Below are positions 23,145 through 35,645 of a DNA stretch of 64,000 nucleotides, one piece after another. The notes under the pieces are model-generated. The model worked only from the letters and a program-made list of their open reading frames with translations, was not told where the DNA came from and made no database searches. This DNA is from Felis catus (Eukaryota): NCBI RefSeq assembly GCF_018350175.1, contig NC_058369.1, positions 21,144,001-21,208,000 of the forward strand. The letters are read 5' to 3'. Within the stretch, counting starts at the first letter, position 1. The number at the start of each line of letters is the position of its first letter. The position numbers and the translations under genes were made by a program.

Positions 23145-23950
23145 GCCCGCCGCGCGGCCCGCGCAGCCCTCGGCCCGTCGGCCAGTCCGCCGCCCTCCGA
23201 CTGCGCGCCCGCCACGGTGGCCGCGTGCTACTCACGGCGGCCGGCCAATGGGCGCGGCGCGCGGAGCCCGGCCGGCCAATGGGCGCGCCCCTCGGCCTGG
23301 GGGGCGGGAGGTCCCGGGGCGGGGCGGGACGGGTTCCCTAGCCCCCTCCCCCGTCTCCTCGAGGCTGAGGAGGACTCTGCGCCCCCCTTCGGTGGCCACC
23401 GCAGCGATGGCCGCTCTTTGGGCTCCCTTCCCGGGAGGTCGGAGGACCCAAGAACGGTCGTCTCCTTGAGGCTGCAGACGGCCGGGACACGGAGAGGGAA
23501 GGGTCGGAGCGCGGCGGGCCCACCTCGACCCCCGGTCCTCTGTCTCCCCCTCCGTCCCCGGGTCCTCTAGCCCGCCGCCCCCCGCGCCCGCCCCTGTCCT
23601 TCACGACCTCAGCTCCGCCACCGCTCCCAGCCAGTGATGCGGCGAGGGTCCTGTTCCCTGCAGATCAGAGGCCGGCCAGTTTCACTCTAGCGAATAAAGA
23701 GCCTTCCCCACGCCGGGTGAGACCTCGGGACCCACAGCGCCGCTGAAGCAGCCTCTCCTCGCTCCCGCCCTCTACCGCACACAGATGACCCCTTTTAACC
23801 TAGGGCAGGACCCCTGAGCGGTGCGCTGCAGAGTTGTGGGCCCGGGGCCCAGAACTGCGCCTGCCTGGTTCTGACCTCAGCAAACAGCCGCACCGACCTC
23901 ACTCTCCGCTTCCCCGCGCGGGGCCCCCATTGAGATGCCGCGGTCTCTTC
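22450..23950. promoter_or_regulatory. CpG island / NT5DC2 promoter with two CCAAT boxes and a GC box
   Basis: Very high CpG density around exon 1; ggccggCCAATgggcgcg occurs twice (CCAAT 23245-23249 and 23276-23280); ggggcggggcggg at ~23315. Confidence 0.85.
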
Positions 23951-24372
23951 CAGCAATGTTTCCAGACTTTCCATCGAAATTTGGCATTCCTTCTTGGAAT
24001 CACTCTCCACCTGTGTTTCTTCTACTCAGATCTGTTTCCTGAGCCCGCATGCGTACCAGGTGGTGCACTGCACCGGTGGGCCCTGTCGGTGGGGACCTGG
24101 CCGGCTAGACACTCTGTTTCCTTGGGGTGCTCCTCCCGGTTTAAGGGCGTGTGCCTATTTGAATACACATTGCATCTTGGCTAAGCACTTACATATGGTG
24201 GGCCAGATCCTGGGCCAGGTGATGGGGCAGGATGGAGGCGGAAGGATAGGCACGTGTGAGCCCCAGGAAGCTACGAGGGCGTTGAACACCTGTCCACAAG
24301 TAAGTCTCCTCAGGCGGGAGATGGGTGCCCCGCAGTAACAGGCTTCCAGAGCCACCAAAAGAAACTGGAGTT

Positions 24373-24598
24373 GGGGCGCCTGGGTGGCGCAGTCGGTTAA
24401 GCGTCCGACTTCGGCCAGGTCACGATCTCGCGGTCCGTGAGTTCGAGCCCCGCGTCAGGCTCTGGGCTGATGGCTCAGAGCCTGGAGCCTGTTTCCGATT
24501 CTGTGTCTCCCTCTCTCTGCCCCTCCCCCGTTCATGCTCTGTCTCTCTCTGTCCCAAAAATAAATAAACGTTGAAGAAAAAAAAGAAAAAAAAAAAAG
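24373..24598 (+). mobile_element. Young felid CAN-SINE (SINEC_Fc-like), full length
   Basis: tRNA-derived head ggggcgcctgggtggcgcagtcggttaagcgtccgact...gttcgagccc, CT-rich segment, AATAAA and A-tail; TSD aaagaaactggagt (24358-24371 / 24599-24612). Confidence 0.95.
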
Positions 24599-25559
24599 AA
24601 AGAAACTGGAGTGAGTGCCAAGCCAGTGTGGGCGGGAAGCTGGAGAAGGCAGGTTATCCAGGTAGCAGCACTGGCCTGGCTGCTCAGCTCGGCTCTGTGA
24701 CCCTTGCCAGGGGCCCTGCTTGCTCTGTCCCTCTTCTCCAGCCTATTTGTGTATACTTTGTGTTCACATCACCAGACTTTTTCACTGTTTTCATTTGATT
24801 TTTTTTAGTTTGTGTAATAGTTCTCTCCCTTCCCAAAGATAAGGACCCAGTTGTTTTTTTAGCCTTAGGTAATAAAGTGACAGCTGTTTACAACAAAGCA
24901 TGGAGACTTAGTGACTTAGCAAGAGTGAAGGCTCTGGAGTCTGAGCTCTGCTACTACCTGGCTCAAGCTTTTAACTTCTCAGTTTCCCATCTATAAAAGG
25001 AGAAGATGCAAATAGAGGCGAGTTTCCCTAGGATTTAGAGTGCATGTAAAGAACTGGCACTCAATAAATCGTTATCGCCATCATCATCATCCTGTTTTAA
25101 CTAATGATAATCGATCAGCTACTATGCTCCGGGCATTGTGGTAAGTGCTTTGTTTGTTTTACCTCTAAATCCTCCCAGTTTCAGAGAAAGGGTCCCATTT
25201 TGTGGAGCAAGGGATGTGGTTTGACAAAGCCCATGCTCCTGAGCCACTCTGCTCTTCTGTGATTATTGTGAATAAGGAGATGATGCATAAAAAGCACCTA
25301 CACGTCCCTGTATAACGGTAAGTGCCCCGGATACAGGATGGCTTTGATTTCAGGGTTGTTTGTCACAAGGTGATTACTTGGACTTTTGTTGTGATAAAGT
25401 TCAGCTTTCAACAATGCATATCAAATTCTGTTATTTTTAGAATTCTTGTCACCAGTCGCAACCCCGAAAAAAATGCAAAGAATTGCATAATTGCACTCTG
25501 TAGTACAATGCGGTATACGTTTAGCCCATCAGAGAGGGTCGTCACTTCTATCAGGACTT

Positions 25560-25990
25560 TAAGAAAAAAGATGGCGGTGGCAAAGTAGCGGGTGCCGCCG
25601 CCAACTCCGAGCACTGGCTTGCACTGGGGAGGCTGGGGCGGAGCCGGGTGGACGCCACGTGGGAGGCCCCGCCCCCTTGGGCCACCCCGCCTCCAGAGCC
25701 TAGGCGCCTGCGCCAGCTCCCTCAGGCTGGGCTCCACCTTAAGGAGCACGCGCACTCTGCCGCAATCGGATTGGCGGGTCCTCGCGCCCCACCGCACTCT
25801 GATTGGTGGAGCCGCCCAGTCTCTGGGTCCGGGTGTCCGAGCTCAGCTCCTTCAGCTCGGCGGCTGCCTGGAGGTGGCGCAGGCCAGCCGCGGGACTCGT
25901 CTTCGGCAGGGAGCTCCAGTCCAGGAGCTGGGGCAGCTCTCGTCGCTCCTGGTTCCGCTGAACCCCTGTCCACGACCTGGGTCGGGCATG
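25560..25990 (+). promoter_or_regulatory. SMIM4/UQCC5 CpG-island promoter
   Basis: YY1-type AAGATGGCGG 25568-25577, E-box CACGTG 25656-25661, GC boxes, two reverse CCAAT (ATTGG 25770-25774 and 25802-25806). Confidence 0.75.
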
Positions 25991-28900
25991 TTTTCCAGGG
26001 CCCAGGTGAAGCGGATCCTGCAGCGGGTGCCCGGGAAGCAGCGACTCGGCGTTTACAGGTTCCTGCCCTTCTTTTTTGTCCTGGGAGGAACGATGGAGTG
26101 GATCATGATTAAACTCCGCGTGGGCCAGGAGACCTTCTGTAAGTGGGGGTGCAGCAGCGTCCGTTTCATTTCAGGAAGGCAGGAGGCGGCAAGGGACCCG
26201 TTTCCCTGGGGGACAGTCAGGTTGCAGACTGCTCATTCCACTCTGAGCGCTGAGCTGCCTTTAACCGTGGTCAGAAGGGCAAGTACGGTTACATTCGCGG
26301 CCCCGGGCTCTCTTGTAAGCGGGGCGACAGAAGCACTTTGGTGTCCAACCTTGAGACCTTCCCTGCACTTTGAGGGGAGAGCACGTGACTCCACGCGGAA
26401 CACCCTCCACTCAAGCCAGCCCCTTCGTCCCGCCCGCCGGTGACATTTGGTCCTAAGGAACACACTTGCTCTCAGCACTGTAGAAGCGAGTGCGACCCTG
26501 AAGATTCATGGAAACACCTGCTAATTGGTCAGCCCTCTCTGGATTCTTCAGTCCAAACCCTGGAGGGAGCTGGTCCGCCTTGGCCTAGAGGATTGCCACA
26601 GTCTTTGCGGGGCAGAGTCACTGACACCAGGGCCCAGCAAAGAATGCCTGTGAAAAGAATGCCTGGCATTGCTTTGCCAAGCCTTAGCGCTAGTTACCCT
26701 TCTGGAAAAACTTTCCCACCCCCTTGGCCGTTTCTGCTTTATTCCTCTCCAGAAACACGTTATCACTTGCGAATTACCAACCCTCATTTAAAAACAATTT
26801 TTTTTGTGTTTGTTTATTTTTGAGAGAGAGCAGGTGCCAGAGTGAGGGAGGGGCAGAGAGAGAGAGGGAGACAGAGGGTCTTAAGGGGGCTCTGCCCTGA
26901 GAACAGAGAGCCCGATGTGGGGCACAAACCCACCAAACGGGAGATCGTGACCTGAGCCAAAGTCAGATGCTTAACCGACTGAACCACCCAGGCGCCCCTA
27001 TTTAAAAAAAAAAAAAAAAATTAAAGATTTTTAAGCAATCTCTAGCCCCAACGTGGGTCTCCGCGAACCTGCAACCCTGAGATCAAGAGTTGCATGTTCC
27101 ACCTACCCAGCCATCCAGGTGCTGGGCCAACCCTTATTTTAAAAACACTGTTACATTAGCGCTTCCTAAAGATACTTACCTTTTGTTCATCTATTCATCA
27201 GTATTTAATACACACCCATGAGAGTATGTAAGGAACAAGGCAATGTCCCCTCCTTCAGAAGAGCTCTAATGGCAGAGACCCATCATAAAGACTGTTACTA
27301 TTAAGTGTGGTCAATACTGAGGGGACAGTGGCAGGGGGCAATGACAGTCTTGGGGGAGTGTGGAGACCTCAGCTGGATCACATGGTGCAGGGAAGGCTTC
27401 CAGGAGTTACCATGCCAGGTGGGACCTGAAGATTGACTGAGTAGGTCAGCCAGATGAGGGGAACGTTTGTGGAGGTGAAAGTCTGACGCTAGTGCCATGG
27501 TGTGAAAGATTACTGTTTGAGGGCCTGAAGGTGAGTGGAGTGAGGGATGAAGTGGTTAGAAATGTGCCTGGGCGGATGTGTCCAGAAGCACTGGAGAACC
27601 AAGAACGTACCCAAAGGATTGCAGGTTTTAAGCTGCGGAGGATTAACAAGAGAGTGGGTTCTTGTGGAGAGGAGGCAAGAACACAGGTTGTTGGTTGTTC
27701 AGGCCTGAGATGATAGCCTGGTCGGGTGGGTGTAGATGGGGCCCAAGAGTGGAGTTGAGAGACACTCAGGAGATGGTGCTGACAGGGCCTTGTGACTGAG
27801 TGGACTCAGGAGATGAGTGGTGGAGGCTTCTGGTAGGACAGCCACGGCAGGGGTGGGGTTAGGGAGGGGACACTGGCGGGGCAGTCCAGACTCCGTTTTT
27901 GGGTTTTTGGACATGCCAAGGTGGAGATAGTTCTATAGATCTGAAGCTCAGCAGGCAGATCTGTCTCATGGGTCTGGGTTTATGGGTCATTTGAAACCAG
28001 ATTGGAATGAAAGTCAGAGGCAAATCCAACATTTTAAGGATGACTAGAAGTAGCCAGAGAGGCAACGAGGAAACCCAGAGGCTCAGGAATCTGACTCTGT
28101 GAATGGGTGGGGTGGGGTGTGTGTGGGGGGGTCATCCTCCCCTCCCCCACCAGGAGAGACCTGAAGATATGGAGATTCGGGTCAGGAAAGGGGGGTGGAG
28201 ACAGGCTACACATACCTGCCTCTTGAGAAGGTGGGAGAGCTTGGGATCAGAACAGAGGCATGAGAGCAGCCCTTGGAAGTTAGCTGGAAGAATTCTTTAC
28301 TGATGACTTAGCTGTGTGAAGAAGAGTCCATGGCCTTCTGGGGGTAAGTGAAGAAGGGTCAGGGTCATGACTGAGGAAACAGGATTGTCAGGCATCACAA
28401 GTGGACCCAGTTAAATGCAGAAGTTGGCCCTACACCACAAAGCAGAGTGAGGCATGCAGGAGGAAGGCAATTGGATTAGTCTATAGTTGGGTTTTGAAGA
28501 TGGGTCAAGAAGTTATTAAGAGGGGACTGCAGCTGGTTTGGGCAGGAAGAGAGAACAAGAGGGGGCTGAGGAGGTATTCAGGGGCCAAGGGCCTGGGGAA
28601 GAAGTTGATAGAGGTTCAGGGACGGAATGGCTAGAAAGGTGGTAGAGGTTGTGGTCAGAGCAGGATGAATACTTCAGAGAACACCGCAAGTAGATGGCAG
28701 AAGGTGGCCAGAGAAGTCAGGGAGGTGAAGGTGCTAGTGCTTCATCCCCATGGCAGGTGGTGTTGCCTGGAAGATCACACAGGGAGGTCAAGGAGCCTGA
28801 GCTAGATGCCAGCATTTTCAGTGACTGAAGGGGAGTGGTGGAGCCAGGTGCCCATGAGAGAGCCAGGTGCCCATTGTGGCAAATGGCGTAAGCCCCAAAG

Positions 28901-29485
28901 GAAGAGGGTGAAGAATCTGCAGTGTCGAAGGGCAGCTGCTGAGAACAAGGGAACTCACCTCACCTCCCCACCCTGAGTTCCTGGTGTAGGTGAGGGAGTA
29001 GCAGAGAGCTGCAGGGCAAGACGTGCCTTTGAGGCCCTTCAGTTAAGGATGATTTCAGAGAAAGACATTTTTTCGGGGGGGGGGGGGGGAAGGGGGAGGT
29101 GGGCGGGCAGGGGAGGAAGTGAGGAAAGTCTTAAAAACATTGCTAAGAGGTATGCCAGGACAGGATCCTGTCTTTGAAGACACTCTTACCATGCTATTGA
29201 AGTCCAGAACTGCATTAACATAGTCCTCATCTAACTCAAGTTTTGTTTTAAATGAGGTTTATTTTGGCATTGAGTTAAACAGTGAGATTCAGAAAGAGCT
29301 TGAGAGCTCTAGGCCACTGGTTAAATTAGTCAGATCTGAGTACTTTTAATTCCTGTTTCTTAAAAATCTAAGTGAAATTTTTATTTGACACAGATGATGT
29401 CTACCGTAGAAAAGCCTCAGAACGACAGTATCAGAGAAGGCTGGAAAATGCATCGGAGACTGAACTTCAGCCGTCAATAAAGTGA
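25988..29485 (+). CDS. SMIM4: Small integral membrane protein 4 / ubiquinol-cytochrome c reductase complex assembly factor 5 (UQCC5), 2 exons, 80 aa
   Basis: Exons 25988-26138 (donor gtaagt) and 29394-29485, total 243 nt: MFSRAQVKRILQRVPGKQRLGVYRFLPFFFVLGGTMEWIMIKLRVGQETFYDVYRRKASERQYQRRLENASETELQPSIK*. Confidence 0.95.
26798..26998 (-). mobile_element. CAN-SINE in the SMIM4 intron
   Basis: Reverse head ...gcttaaccgactgaaccacccaggcgcccc; GA tract and tttatttt tail. Confidence 0.9.
27023..27123 (-). mobile_element. Older short CAN-SINE
   Basis: ...ccctgagatcaagagttgcatgttccacctacccagccatccaggtgc, a reverse tRNA-Lys-like head. Confidence 0.75.
27180..28090 (-). mobile_element. Probable degenerate L2 LINE fragment(s)
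   Basis: Purine-rich + strand with L2-like phrases (ttcatctattcatcagtattta, ggaaggcttccaggag, tttggacatg); boundaries and orientation uncertain. Confidence 0.45.
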
Positions 29486-29708
29486 ACATGAAATTTTACT
29501 ACTGGTTTCAATTCCTTTGAAAATGTACTTTTCAGATCTCTTGTTCTTCCCAGAACTGCCTTTACAAAGAATTTTTATAGTTTTCCTGTCTCTGCTTGAA
29601 TACTTCCCAAGTCACTGTTGGATGGCACTTATGGAAAATACTTTCCTCCTGAAACACTCTTGCCCATTAAATCCATTCGATGAAAATACTAAAAAAAATA
29701 AAAAAAAT

Positions 29709-29711
29709 AAT

Positions 29712-29742
<31 letters not shown>

Positions 29743-29913
29743 CGCGCATGCCCAAGAATGGCGGAGGGGCAGAGAGAGGAAGACACAGAATCTGAAGGAA
29801 GTTTCAGGCTCTGAGCTGTCAGCACAGAGCCCAACGAGGGGCTTGAACCCACCAACTGTGAGATCATGACCAGAGCCGAAGTCAGAAGCTTAACTGAGTC
29901 ATCCAGGCGTCCC
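29709..29913 (-). mobile_element. CAN-SINE just downstream of SMIM4
   Basis: (GA)n tract, gagatcatgaccagagccgaagtc, reverse head aactgagtcatccaggcgtccc. Confidence 0.9.
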
Positions 29914-31937
29914 TCCATGAAAATATTTCTTAAACAATTCAAGGATCAAAAACAAAACAAAACAAAATTCAAGGATGCTTTTTAGTGCAGTCTCAGTCTG
30001 AATTATTTATGAAGTCTTGTTTTAGGCCACAAATAATTACTTGTTTGCAGAATTTAGATTTAAATATAGAGATAAAAGATGTCTGTTGCAAGATTATTTA
30101 AACCAAGATAATTTTGCAGATTACATTCCTGCCAGCTACCAATCTGTCAACATTTGCTAGGGTGGTGGGAATTCCTGACCACACATTACTCATGTCAGGT
30201 GCTCTTATGAACAGAAATAACCCCTCCCTTTGCCTGTCCCCACTAATATACAAGGGCTGGACCTCCATAAGGACTCCAGAGAGGACAGGCTTCCCACCCC
30301 TCTGTGATGAAGATGCGCTTCCATCCAGCTGCTAAAGATAAAGACACTACTTCTTCCCTGAGAAAGTGAACCTTCACACTGCAAAGCAACCATAAAGTAA
30401 CCACAGACTTCATCTGACTCGGAGGCTCAGAGGAGAGATTTTGTAATTTGACCCAGAGTAAATTTGGGTCAGCTGGTAAGAAAAGGAGAAGCTGTATCCA
30501 TTTTTTCCCTTTTAATCCCTGCTTGGTAACTACATCCAACATCTGTTCAAACAAGAACATATCTGTATTAAAGAAGACTAAGTTTCAAAATAGTTTCTAA
30601 TGACTGCTCATGAATATATCGAAGCAGATGCTTAAGGCCACAGTGTATTCTCAATCTGTCACAAACATCTCTTCCCGTTTTTCTAATTTAAATTAGTCCA
30701 TTTATGTTAGAACCAATTCAGTATAAAGACCCACTGACTACTCCGATCTCCTTAAAGCACTATCCACACCAGCTGCAGCTCAGGGTCACTGCTCAGAGAT
30801 GGCTTAAGCATGAAGACCAGTGATGACCCCACAGCACTGGGGAGAGGAAGGAGGTTCTTCTGTGCAGTGTCACCTAGAGACTTCCTGGTGAACCTGACCT
30901 TATAGGCATTTTAGTGATTAGACTGCAGTATGAGGAATTAAATTGTAGTAGGATTCTCTCAATTATATGGCCTTATTCCATACCCCACCCCAGTTCTAGA
31001 AGTTTAGTATTGGTAATCTAGAGAGAATCTGTAACTTACACACCTTTTACAACTGCCCATAAAAGTGTCAGCTAACTTCTGTGTCTGCTGTGGGCTCCTT
31101 CCCTGGCCCGCCCCCCTGCCTGCACCCCAGAAAGAATCACAGCTGCAAATTCATGTTAACCTTCCTTAGCATTTTCTTTGTTCTTCTTTTTAAAATATAT
31201 ATCAGAGTTCTGATTTACTGATGGACAACAGAACTTTGAAGATGATAAGAAATGTCTCATTTCCAGGCAAGGAGACTAACTAAGCATCTGTTGGATTAAA
31301 TTGAAGATACTCTCAGAGTATGTTGTTTGGATGCTACAAAGTAAGAACTAATCTTTGTTAACCTAAGTGAAAGCTTTTAAGCTTCACCTCAAAAAAATTT
31401 TAAGCCTCCTACTATACAATATGACTCTACCCTACTTTTCACACACTGGAACTGCTAAGGGAACTTAAATAATGTGAAGAGCAATGCTCTTATATGCTGA
31501 TTACAGAACTGCTGTGCCCCCTAGTGTGAAGTACAAGGCAAAAAATTTAATAACTCAAAATTTAAAAACCGTAATACTTCTAGAATGACAAAAATGGAAC
31601 TAGCATTTGTTGCTTGAAATCTACGTCCGGTGTGGTGCTGGGTAAAGAACGTGGCTTTGGAGCTTCACTTATTCATCTGAACTGATAGGGACAGTACTTA
31701 AGTTAGGCACATAGTAAATCATAAAGGGGAGCTATCTTTGTCTAAAGGGTTTTATTCTGGAAGTCTTGCCTAAATCTAAGATGTTATAACTTAAGCACCT
31801 TAATCTCTCTTCCTTTCTTTTTGTAAGTCTGATTTTTTCACCCCAAGTTACTTCTCTTAAAAAACAACAACAACAACAAAACACATTTGGACCATGGTGT
31901 TTTCCAAAGCAATTCCTCTCCTAGACAAAGCCATACA

Positions 31938-32139
31938 GGGGCGCCTGGGTGGCTCTCTCAGTTAAGCGTCCGACTTCGGCTCAGGTCATGATCTCACGGT
32001 CCGTGAGTTCAAGCCCCGCGTCGGGCTCTGTGCTGACAGCTCAGAGCCTGGAGCCTGTTTCAGATTCTGTGACTCCCTCTCTCTCTGCCCCTCCCCTGCT
32101 TGTACTCTCTCTCTCAAAATAAAACGTTAAAAAAAAAAA
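31938..32139 (+). mobile_element. CAN-SINE, intergenic
   Basis: Head ggggcgcctgggtggct...gttcaagccccgc, CT tract, aataaa and A-tail. Confidence 0.92.
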
Positions 32140-32993
32140 GTACAGTGTCAGCTCTCAGTCTTTACACATGTGCATTAAATTTAGAATTTCTTGCCACATT
32201 TATGTGCAACCCACAAGAAGTGAATACTATGTCTATTGTGGGGATAGAAATAGTCTATTAATTTGCTCAGTTCTGAACATTCATTCAGCTGACCTAGCAC
32301 ACTTCCAAGCTAAAAAGGAACACAGTAACAGTACTTGTTTGCTCATGGTGTTCAGCAGGAAATGTATGACTACGTATCAATGATCATTCAAAATATGCCC
32401 ATGAGCATAGATGCAGTACAGCCCCAAACATTTAGGAGAACAGAGCCACAGGGATTTGCAAAGTGATATTAGAGGAAAACGGTTGATTTTACCAACACTT
32501 TCTATTAAAAGTGTGGTCATGTCTTTAAGAGCTGTATTACAAGCATATGTAAAGACACAACTGGGCCACTGGTCTCTTCTGGCCACAGGCAGCTATTTCA
32601 AATGGCTCACACTGCTTTATGATATAAGACACGCTTTCCTGACTTCCACCATCAGTAACTCTACAATTTAAACTTCGACCTGTATTTCCACCCATGGTGA
32701 GGATATGTCAGGAATTCCTTGACTGCCTGCCTGAGACGCTTGGCGTGGGGCATGTCAAGCTGCAGTGTGACTACATTCAGCTTGTGTTAATGCAGCCTAA
32801 GCCCTGAACCAGGGTCTGGTCACTGACTTGTGCCTCTACCTGAGGAGCTTTGTTCCCTTAAACTGGCAGCTGTGTCCCTGTCAGCATAAAATCTAGACTT
32901 TCAGCAATTAAATCTGCTTGACACTTACATCTGACACAAGCTTTAACAGAACAACCAAACCTGGTTAATCCAAATCACTTTGCAAACTCCATT

Positions 32994-32999
32994 TTTATT
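32994..32999 (-). terminator. Probable PBRM1 distal polyadenylation signal (3'UTR ~2.65 kb)
   Basis: TTTATT on + at the end of a long transposon-free AT-rich stretch following the PBRM1 stop; use of this site is inferred. Confidence 0.55.
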
Positions 33000-35645
33000 T
33001 GGATTAAAAAGCTTTAAATGAACAAACATATGATACATACATGTTATAAGACTAGTTCCCACTTAAACCTCCTTTGATACAGAAATTAGAATAAACCAAG
33101 TTTTAATTAGGTCTGAAAATGTTCAAGCTCAAAAGTCAACAACACCAGTTTGAGATTTCACACAGGGAAGCATCCCCTTTCAGTGCTTCCTCATAGGAAG
33201 AGAAGGGGGGTTCAAAACAAGGCAATTCAGCGCCTTTTAAATCAGTTGGCTGACCTACTATTTTAAACCAATAGGTTTTTCCCCCATATAAACAAAACTC
33301 TTTTCCATATGAACTTACATTTTGAAAACATTTAGGCCATTATACTTTCTAAGCCATATCACTAGTTCCTAAAATTCATTGGGGAAAAAAAAAAAAAAAA
33401 AAAAAGATGTATATAGTTTACTTGTACTTTTTTAAGTCAGGACTTTTTTTTTTTTTTTTTTTTTGGCTTATCTTTTTTGGAAGATGGTTGACCTCAAATC
33501 TTATATCCTAAATATTAACTGATATTCTCCAAGTTAATATACAGAAAGACATGATTCTAAAATAAATACATAGATTTTTTTTTTTAAACTTAATTAGGGC
33601 CTGCCTACCGGCCCCCTGGCCCGGCTCTGCACTGCCTTCGGGAAGCCCCTGGCTGGATCTATGGTTTCTACAGCACCTCTAGACACTGGGAAGGAGCCGG
33701 GAGGAGGAGTGCCCTGGCTTCTAATGCCCCACCCTAGCCCACAGTGAAGAGTTTGTAGAGGCTTCCCAAAGAAGTCTCATCCAGACCTTAAAAGGGGAAA
33801 TAAAATGGGTGAATGAAATAAATAAATAACTTAACCAAAATTAGATTTCAGGTTCTTTGGTGTAATTCAAGAATGTCTAGAAATAAAATAATCTGATTGT
33901 ATTATACAGTCCATGATGATTCAATGGCCCAAATAACTAGGAACTGAAGATTTCTTTATCTGATTCAGTTTAACAATAAGGTACTGACATACTACTGCAA
34001 TACATTTTTTAAAAGTCAGAATTATTTAAAATACTTGATGCAAACTGAGATCCAGTGGTTGACTATACGCAATTAAGTTACAAGGGCCTCCTGTACTTAA
34101 AGTACCTAGATACAAGAGGCTTTTCTTCCATTCTACACTTTTTGTCCTCATGATTTAGTAAGAATGGCAATTAAATATCCAGGTATTGATTTATACCAGA
34201 TTAAAAGAAGAAAGTATCCTGTGAGGGTCACTCTCTCCATTTACAAACAGTAAGGGAAGCTCCACCAACATGGCAACCATCTTGTTACAAAAAAGCAGGT
34301 TTCAAAACCGTGGAGTGAAATACTGTTCCAGGTTTGATGCTTTCTACCTGTCTGAGCATCATACACTACCTGCAAATATTTCTTCTAGGGTCACCTAAGA
34401 GAGACAGAGTCAAGCCCAAGTGTCTGGGATCCGTAATGGTCTTTTTTAGTATTTTCTTAAATTATAATTATTTTCTCCTGAAATTCAAAAGCACAAGCTA
34501 AATTTAAAAAAACATTCTAGAAAGCCTTAAATTTCTGGTTGAGAATTGCAGTGCTGAAAGTCAGAAGGAAAAAAATGCCACATCTGATGAGGAAATAAAG
34601 GTATGAAAACATATTTGCATATGTAGACAATCTACTCTTTTACAATTATGCTTCTGACACAGCTCATATACACTCCCTTCCCTATGCTGGGTTAGGTGTT
34701 AGGTTTGAAAAATAAATCACCTCCATGCACACCTCAATGCTTTCTTCAAGGTAAACTTCAATTTTTTCAATGTAAGAGATTTAAAATTTTAAATCTAAGA
34801 AGTATAGGATTAAATTGTGAATTCATTATAAATAGATCAAAAGTACCCTTAAACTTACCTGCCAAGACTAAATACAGTTCAGGGTTGTGCACATGTTCTG
34901 CAAAAATAACTGACACCATATATGACCAACAGCACAAGAAACAGTGCTCTGCCCCACAGGTGTCTGGGCAATGTACCAGCTGCAGAAGGATGCACAGCAC
35001 TGACTTCAGATTTCTAGAGCAAGCCTCTGAGTCCATAGAGCAAATGTGCCATGTCTGCCAAACACCTAGAACCTAAAAACAACCCTTCACTTCTGCTAAA
35101 GTGACTTGAGATACTGAGGCACATGAAGCAGACATCAGTGCACTCCCCTCTGTAAGATGTAAACTAGGACCAACTTCACATTTCATTGTCAACTTAAACT
35201 AATCTGTAAACTCTCATGGGTGCGTGTGTGTGCGTGTATGTATTTTTTTTTCATTTTGTTTGTTCTTTTTTAAAAAACAAAACCAAAAACCAAAATCAAA
35301 AACCCCAAGCCAAGACAAAAACCTTTGATGGTTTCAGTTCCATGGCAACAAGTAAAAAGATAAAACTCCAAGTCTACATATACAACCAATTATGAAACTG
35401 GTTTTAAACGAAGGAAACATATGCAAAAAAATCTCTGTGTATTTGATAAAATCAACTTAATATAACAAAAACAAATTGAAATAGCTTATTAAAAGTGTCC
35501 TTATATAAAAATGGCCTTGTGATGTACAGTAAAATGCAATAAAAATTATCATCCTTTGTTCCTCCCCTCCCGCCCCCAGTAACTAAAATGGCTACTGTTC
35601 CACAAAACTTTTTATGCTTCTATAAAAGAAACGTAATTGACGTGA

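Noticed and set aside
22493..23604. Several long overlapping Arg/Pro/Gly-rich ORFs on both strands
   Set aside because: Stop-poor CpG island; only 23144-22913 splices into a recognisable protein.
24373..24460. tRNA-like sequence with A/B boxes (also at the other SINE heads)
   Set aside because: tRNA-derived CAN-SINE head followed by CT tract, A-tail and TSD; not a tRNA gene.
25592..26443. 283-aa ORF containing SMIM4 exon 1 as a long novel protein or N-terminal extension
   Set aside because: It starts at GTG upstream of the CCAAT boxes and runs through a perfect gtaagt donor; openness is expected in CpG-island DNA.
28841..28875. 19-bp tandem duplication gagccaggtgcccat in the SMIM4 intron
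   Set aside because: Real but looks like an ordinary slippage duplication in decayed intronic sequence.
29075..29120. G15 run and adjacent G-tracts as a functional G-quadruplex
   Set aside because: G/C runs occur throughout the window and nothing singles this one out.
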